From Candidatus Latescibacterota bacterium (GTDB lineage: Bacteria; Latescibacterota; UBA2968; GCA-2709665): DNA of 64,000 nt. The stretch spans positions 3,648,001 to 3,712,000 of the forward strand of contig CBDCOX010000002.1 in NCBI GenBank assembly GCA_965219995.1. Reading direction: 5' to 3'. How positions within the stretch are numbered: the stretch's first letter is position 1; every line of letters begins with the position of its first letter. This document shows, piece by piece, positions 58,777 through 64,000 of this stretch. Position numbers and translations under genes: made by a program. The notes beneath the pieces were generated by a model that saw only the letters and a program-made list of their open reading frames with translations, was not told the DNA's origin and made no database searches.

Positions 58777-59769
58777 CTATGTTCCATCCCTCAACAGTTG
58801 CGCCATATCGACTGCAAAGTAAGTCAGGATCATATCGGCGCCCGCCCGTTTGATGGACGTCAGGGTCTCCACCATGGCACGCTCCTTTTCCACCCAGCCG
58901 CGCTGTGCGGCCGCCAGGACCATCCCGTATTCGCCGGATACGTTGTACGCCGCAATCGGCGCGTCGAAGGTCTCCTTCGCCCTGGCGATGACGTCGAGGT
59001 AGGGGAGGGCGGGTTTCACCATCACCACGTCGGCCCCTTCCTCGATATCCAGCGAGATTTCCCTCATCGCTTCCCGGATATTGGCGGGATCCATCTGGTA
59101 GGTCTTCTTGTCCTCCGGCACACCGGGCTCCTTCACTGGCGCGGACTTTAGCGCGCCACGGAACGGACCGTAGAAGCAGGACGCATATTTGGCGGAATAG
59201 GCCATGATCCCCACGTTGCTGAATCCCTGGTCGTCCAGCGCCACCCGGATGGCGCCCACCCGGCCGTCCATCATGTCCGACGGCGTGACCCAGTCCACGC
59301 CCGCCTCGGCGTGAGACAGCGCCATCCGGCACAACACCCCGACACTCTCGTCGTTGGCGATCTCACCGTCGATCAGCAGGCCGTCGTGTCCGTGCGTGGT
59401 ATAGGGGTCCAGCGCCACGTCGGTCTGCACGCAGAGGTCGGGAAGCGCCGCCTTCAGCGCCCGGACCGCCAGCTGGATCAGGCCGTCCGAGTCGTACGCC
59501 ATTGAGGCGCGTTCGTCCTTCACCTCCGAGTAACCGAACAGGTTCACGCCGCAGATCCCGAGACCGGACACTGTCTCGCATTCCCGCACGAGTTCGTCGA
59601 CCGAAAACCGGAACTGCCCGGGCATCGAGTCGATGGGTTCGCGCACATTGACGCCTTCCGTTACGAACATGGGATAGATCAGGTCCCCCACGTTCAATAC
59701 GGTTTCCCGGACGAGCGTCCGAACGGGTTCCGTGCGCCGCAGCCGCCGGGGCCGGTAGGTCAGTTCCAT
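58777..59769 (-). CDS. hemB: Porphobilinogen synthase (delta-aminolevulinic acid dehydratase)
   Basis: RPRRLR, PSDMMDGR, YSAKYAS.FYGPFR, MVKPA, YNVSGEY. Confidence 0.97.
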   Translation of the reverse strand: MELTYRPRRLRRTEPVRTLVRETVLNVGDLIYPMFVTEGVNVREPIDSMPGQFRFSVDELVRECETVSGLGICGVNLFGYSEVKDERASMAYDSDGLIQLAVRALKAALPDLCVQTDVALDPYTTHGHDGLLIDGEIANDESVGVLCRMALSHAEAGVDWVTPSDMMDGRVGAIRVALDDQGFSNVGIMAYSAKYASCFYGPFRGALKSAPVKEPGVPEDKKTYQMDPANIREAMREISLDIEEGADVVMVKPALPYLDVIARAKETFDAPIAAYNVSGEYGMVLAAAQRGWVEKERAMVETLTSIKRAGADMILTYFAVDMAQLLRDGT

Positions 59770-59798
59770 ATAACCTCTTCGATAAAAAAACCAAACTC

Positions 59799-59886
59799 AC
59801 ATGGATAGTCAGGATGGGCAGGATAAAAGCCAAAACGGGATCAGGATTTACAGGATTGGAAACCAGGATCAGAACCAGGTGCAGGA
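59799..59886. repeat. CAGGAT-type 9-mer tract related to 58498-58527
   Basis: acatggatagtcaggatgggcaggataaaa matches 58498-58527 at 26 of 30 positions; further caggat units follow. Confidence 0.75.
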
Positions 59887-60393
59887 GAAAGCAAAGGGCA
59901 GGGCAAAAACTCAATTTTCCGGGTCAAAGCGCCAGATCGTGCCATATCACCATGACCCATCAGATTCCGAATTTCATTAAATGCTGTCGCGGGCGGCCCG
60001 GGCCGATCATCCGATCGAATGCGGCGCGGGGTGGCGATACACTCGCAGTCAGAATGTACCATCCCTGAACCGGTTGTCAACCCCTTCGTTTTTTCGGGAA
60101 GCGGCAAAAAGGTGCCGAAACGCGGGCGCTTCGACAAGCTCAGCGTCCACGTTCGTGCAAGCCCCTTTCCAACTTAGCAGGAGTTTAAGCCGTTGACCAT
60201 TTACTGCTCCAGGAAATAACGCCGTCACCCATACGAAATTGACCTTTTCACTGGCTTGGGTTCGGGGTAAATTTAACACGAGGCGATGGAAGGAGACGCA
60301 GCACTTCGCCCGTCTGAATTCCGGAAGAAGGACTATGAGAACGGCGGCAGACAGGAATGTCCGCCCCACCTTCAGATGTAATGGGAGAGATGC

Positions 60394-62721
60394 ATGGACC
60401 TAGCGAAGTTTGAAGACGACACGGTCATCTCGGAGCAGCTTCTTATCGAATCCGAGCGCGAAGAGAACGTCGACCTGCCGGTGGATTCGGGCGACTGGCA
60501 GCGGGTGAACGAGATTCGCGCCGAGGTCTTTCTCCCGCCCGGCGCAAACGGCCTGCTCTGGTGCCGGTTGACTTCGGGTCATCGCACGGAGGGCATGAGC
60601 GAGGACGACGGCTATCTGTTCCACGCCATCGTCTCCCCGCGCGGCGGCAACATCTGGGAGGGCTGGCGGGAATTCCGGTTCCCCGCCGAGTGTTTCTATA
60701 CGCAGGGGATTCCGACCGGATGGGGGCAGATGCGCTCGGTAACCCTAAACGGGCCGCGGGGCAGCCGGTTTCGCAACATTCGCCTTGTGGAACGTGACGT
60801 CCGGCCCGGGCCGAGAATGACGGATGAGCAGTTGATCGCTGCGCTGAATCCGGACCATCCCGGTCTGGGGATGATTCGTGGAGGGAGCGCGGAGTCTGTC
60901 TTCCCGGAAGTCGCGCGGTATTTCCGATCCAGCGGCTTCGACCGGGAACTGGTCCCGAGCGAGCGGGAGCCGAATGCCGATCCCGATCAGGCCGACCGGG
61001 TCCTGGAAGGCCGGGTACTGGATCAGGACTGGTCCGCGCAGATCGACTGGGAGGCCAATCCCACCGGCTATATCGAATGGACGCTGGCCATCCACTATCT
61101 CCTGTTCCTCAGGCCCGCGATCGACGCGTACTGGGAAACCGGACAGGCGAAATATGCAACGGGCATCGAGCGGTACATCAAGGACTGGATGCGGCGCTGC
61201 CCGGTCCCCTATGGCGTTCGCGCCGGGGGGTACCCGTGGGGCCATTCGCTGGTGGTTGCGATAAGGCCGTTCAGCACGCTCGTGGACGTCTTCCGCGTCC
61301 TCTGCGCGTATCCGGAAACCGATGACGGCACGATCATCGACATGCTCAAGTCGATCTACGAGCACCAGGTCTATCTGCTGAAGTTCCAGTCCTTCCCGCC
61401 CTCGAACAAGACCATTGCCGAGGCCCGGACCATCGGCGCGCTGGGATGCGCATTCCCGGAGTTCAGAGACGCCGCGTACTGGCGGGAAGAGGGATATCGC
61501 CGGCTGCTGGACGACATGCGCGTGCAAGTGATGGCCGACGGGGCCTCCTACGAACTCACGCCGGGTTACCAGATGAGTATTTCCACCTGGTTCCTGGAAT
61601 CGTTTCAGGTGGCGCGAAAATTCAACCATCCGATCGACCCCGAACTTGAGGCCGGCATTCGATCGATGTTCGACTGGAGCGTAGCCATCACCCGGCCGGA
61701 CTTCACCCGTCCCTCCGTTTCCGACGCCGGCAGCATGGATTCGAAGTACGGTGATTCACTCGCCACTCCGGGTCGCGTCCTGAACAATCCGGCCGCGGTG
61801 TGGGTGGGGACCGAAGGCCGCGAGGGCGCCGCGCCCGACTACAACTCGATCGCCCTTCGGGACTCGGGATATTTCGTCATGCGCAGCGGTTGGGACCGGG
61901 ACGCCCGGTATCTGTTCTTCGACGGAGGGCCCTACGGCCGCTGGCACCAGCACGAGGACAAACTCAACATCGAAGTCTATGCCCACGGCACGCCATATAT
62001 CGTTGACCCCGGCATCACGTCGTACTACACCAACCCGTGGACCCGTTTTTACACCACCACACAGGCCCACAACACAGTCCTCGTGGACGGCCGCGCGCAG
62101 GCCCGGGGCCGCAATCAGACCATCGAACAATGGACCGAGTCCGCCCGCGATTCGACATTCTGGCATTCGGATGACGATTCCGACGTTGCCGCGGCGAGTT
62201 ACGACGCGCCATACGCAGATCTGGATGTGGCGGTCCGGCATCGCCGTGCGGTAATTTTCGTCAAACCGGATTATTTCATGGTCTTCGATGAACTGACGGG
62301 CGAGGGCAGCCATACGTACGAGGCATTGTTCCACTTCATGCCGTTCCGTCTGCTGATAGATTCCGAGACCGGCGCCGTCCGCACCGGGCGTATGGATGCA
62401 CCCAATCTGGAGTTGATTCCACTGACCCGGATGACGCCCCGGCTGGTCTGCGGTCAAAACGACCCGGTCCAGGGCTGGCTGGCGGTTAACGGGCAGGACG
62501 TGCCGGCGCCCGTGGCCGTCTACAAGAGGCGGAGCCGGCTGCCGTTCCGGACCGGATACGTGATCTACCCGTTCGGCGCGGACCGCGTCACCGCCGGCAT
62601 CACCGCAAAAACCGCTCGGCGCGCGAACGTATGGACCGTCAGCATCGACCATGCCGACGGCGGGCGGGATCGCGTGCGTATGGTTTGGGAGAACGAGCGA
62701 GGGCCGGAATTGATGCGGTGA
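60394..62721 (+). CDS. Heparinase II/III-like polysaccharide lyase family protein
   Basis: QVMADGASYELTPGYQ, SGYFVMRSGW, HQHEDKL, VDPG, AHNTVLVDG. Confidence 0.88.
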   Translation: MDLAKFEDDTVISEQLLIESEREENVDLPVDSGDWQRVNEIRAEVFLPPGANGLLWCRLTSGHRTEGMSEDDGYLFHAIVSPRGGNIWEGWREFRFPAECFYTQGIPTGWGQMRSVTLNGPRGSRFRNIRLVERDVRPGPRMTDEQLIAALNPDHPGLGMIRGGSAESVFPEVARYFRSSGFDRELVPSEREPNADPDQADRVLEGRVLDQDWSAQIDWEANPTGYIEWTLAIHYLLFLRPAIDAYWETGQAKYATGIERYIKDWMRRCPVPYGVRAGGYPWGHSLVVAIRPFSTLVDVFRVLCAYPETDDGTIIDMLKSIYEHQVYLLKFQSFPPSNKTIAEARTIGALGCAFPEFRDAAYWREEGYRRLLDDMRVQVMADGASYELTPGYQMSISTWFLESFQVARKFNHPIDPELEAGIRSMFDWSVAITRPDFTRPSVSDAGSMDSKYGDSLATPGRVLNNPAAVWVGTEGREGAAPDYNSIALRDSGYFVMRSGWDRDARYLFFDGGPYGRWHQHEDKLNIEVYAHGTPYIVDPGITSYYTNPWTRFYTTTQAHNTVLVDGRAQARGRNQTIEQWTESARDSTFWHSDDDSDVAAASYDAPYADLDVAVRHRRAVIFVKPDYFMVFDELTGEGSHTYEALFHFMPFRLLIDSETGAVRTGRMDAPNLELIPLTRMTPRLVCGQNDPVQGWLAVNGQDVPAPVAVYKRRSRLPFRTGYVIYPFGADRVTAGITAKTARRANVWTVSIDHADGGRDRVRMVWENERGPELMR

Positions 62722-62750
62722 CATGGTCAGCCGACAGCAACTGAAACACG

Positions 62751-62786
62751 AAGAAGGACGGCTTCCATCGAGAAACCGTCCTTCTT
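62751..62786. terminator. Probable bidirectional terminator between convergent genes
   Basis: 11-bp stem AAGAAGGACGG/CCGTCCTTCTT. Confidence 0.65.
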
Positions 62787-62855
62787 TGTGCATCCAATAC
62801 CGAACCACACGATTATGTGTGGTCACGGCGCCGGCGTGAAAAGTTGCCGTGCGGA

Positions 62856-64000
62856 TCAGCCCGCGTCATCCGTCTCCGCAAGATGCGCCTGCCGCGCCTC
62901 CTCGACCTTCGCGGGCGGAACGGGCCGGGAGAGCCCCACGTAAAACGCCAGGTACCACATGACGAAGATCCCGAAAGCCAGCATCAACAATTGCCACACC
63001 CAAAGGGATGGCAGTCCGAACGGCCCCCAGGTTGCCGGCTGGTTGGGGTCGCCGAACAGCGTATTGCCGACCACAGCAAAGGGTCCGAAGCCCACGAGGA
63101 ACCAGACCACGGTGAACAGCCAGGCCCAGGGGACGTGCCTGCGCCGCTCCTGCGAAATACCCGAGACCGCCTGAACGAAGCGGTGATGGCTCGCTTTCCG
63201 GTCCCGGTCTTCCCCGCCGTCCGGCCAGAAATACGACACAAGAACGGCAACCAGCATGTTGAAGAAAATGCCCCAGCCCGCGCTGTGAATCGTCAGCGGG
63301 TACGCGCCCCAGGGCGTGTCGCTGATCGTGGAGGCGATGCGGTCCGGCAGGAACAGCTTCACAAATCCCATGATCACGGGAAGCACCTCGCTGACCGTGC
63401 GGTCGGTAAGCGTAACCGCTGCCAGTCCCGCAACCAGCCCCCATACCACGCCCTTCCTGGTGAAGAACCGGAAATAACAGAGCCCCATCAATGCCGGATA
63501 CATCTGAAACCCGTAGGCCACGGCGAGTCCGCCCAGCATCACGATAGCCTGCGTGGATTTGGCTGCCACAATCAGCGCGGCAAGGGTTACCAGTATCACG
63601 AATATCCGGCCGTACAACTTCTGCGTGCGGTCCGAAGCATCGGGCGAAACATAACGCCGGTAGAGGTCCCGGGTCACCATCCCGCTGAACGTGGACATAT
63701 ATGCCGCCCCCGTGCTCTGCATGGCGCCCAGCGCACATACAGCCAGCAATCCCACCAGCCACGGATAATTGTCCGCCATCAGGTTGATCAACTGCGGCAC
63801 CAATTCCGGCCGGGAGACCTTCTCGAAGACCCCGTTGGCCAGCAGCACGTTGCCGCCCAGACCCTGAAAGATGGTGAAGGTAAACAGGATGATGCCGATG
63901 ATCACGGAGGACGCCACCACCTGCTGCCAGCGAAAGGGTTCGCTGGTACGGTTGGAAAACGCCCACATGGAAAACGCGGGTGACGATTGAATGCCCATCA
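62856..64000 (-). CDS. Sodium:solute symporter family protein (5' end outside the window)
   Basis: LGAMQSTGAAYMSTFSGMVTRDLY and TRKGVVWGLVAG SSS-type segments; many TM helices. Confidence 0.88.
   Translation of the reverse strand, partial: MGIQSSPAFSMWAFSNRTSEPFRWQQVVASSVIIGIILFTFTIFQGLGGNVLLANGVFEKVSRPELVPQLINLMADNYPWLVGLLAVCALGAMQSTGAAYMSTFSGMVTRDLYRRYVSPDASDRTQKLYGRIFVILVTLAALIVAAKSTQAIVMLGGLAVAYGFQMYPALMGLCYFRFFTRKGVVWGLVAGLAAVTLTDRTVSEVLPVIMGFVKLFLPDRIASTISDTPWGAYPLTIHSAGWGIFFNMLVAVLVSYFWPDGGEDRDRKASHHRFVQAVSGISQERRRHVPWAWLFTVVWFLVGFGPFAVVGNTLFGDPNQPATWGPFGLPSLWVWQLLMLAFGIFVMWYLAFYVGLSRPVPPAKVEEARQAHLAETDDAG

Noticed and set aside
60124-60148. REP-like CTTCGACAAGCTCAG hairpin
   Set aside because: Only a single copy in the window with no inverted partner; too little support for a feature.

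Overview
This 64-kb window of GC-rich bacterial DNA falls into four blocks. (1) 1-27.5 kb is one co-directional minus-strand bioenergetic run: nuoA-CD-E-F-G-H-J-K-L-M, then a 10-gene MrpA-less Mrp antiporter cluster (E-F-G-B-B-C-D-D-x-D) inserted between nuoM and nuoN, then nuoN, then an H+-type F1Fo atp operon that runs off the left edge inside atpD. nuoB and nuoI are missing from the cluster. (2) 27.8-40.2 kb holds accessory metabolic genes, including a STAS protein, an NCS2-fold permease fused to an RsbW/HATPase-like domain, a stand-alone ACP and an alpha/beta hydrolase. (3) 40.2-50.5 kb is a SupA-like type I PKS (KS-AT-DH-cMT-ER-KR-ACP-KS-degenerate AT) split by a one-base frameshift. This architecture suggests, by inference only, a sponge-symbiont-type lineage. 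(4) 50.6-64 kb holds a triple-DUF4377 lipoprotein, a TonB-dependent receptor, an ADP-ribosylglycohydrolase, trpS, hemB, a heparinase II/III-like protein and a partial SSS symporter. The least expected feature is at 56.0-58.4 kb: a promoter, a WWW leader peptide and a terminator precede trpS, and a second Trp-rich leader and terminator precede an intact but catalytically degenerate TrpRS paralogue. Neither leader is in the ORF track. Several dispersed intergenic repeats are also present: a 100-bp hairpin unit and 7-mer and 9-mer arrays. No rRNA, tRNA, CRISPR array or transposase was recognised. All calls come from reading motifs by eye; no database search was run.
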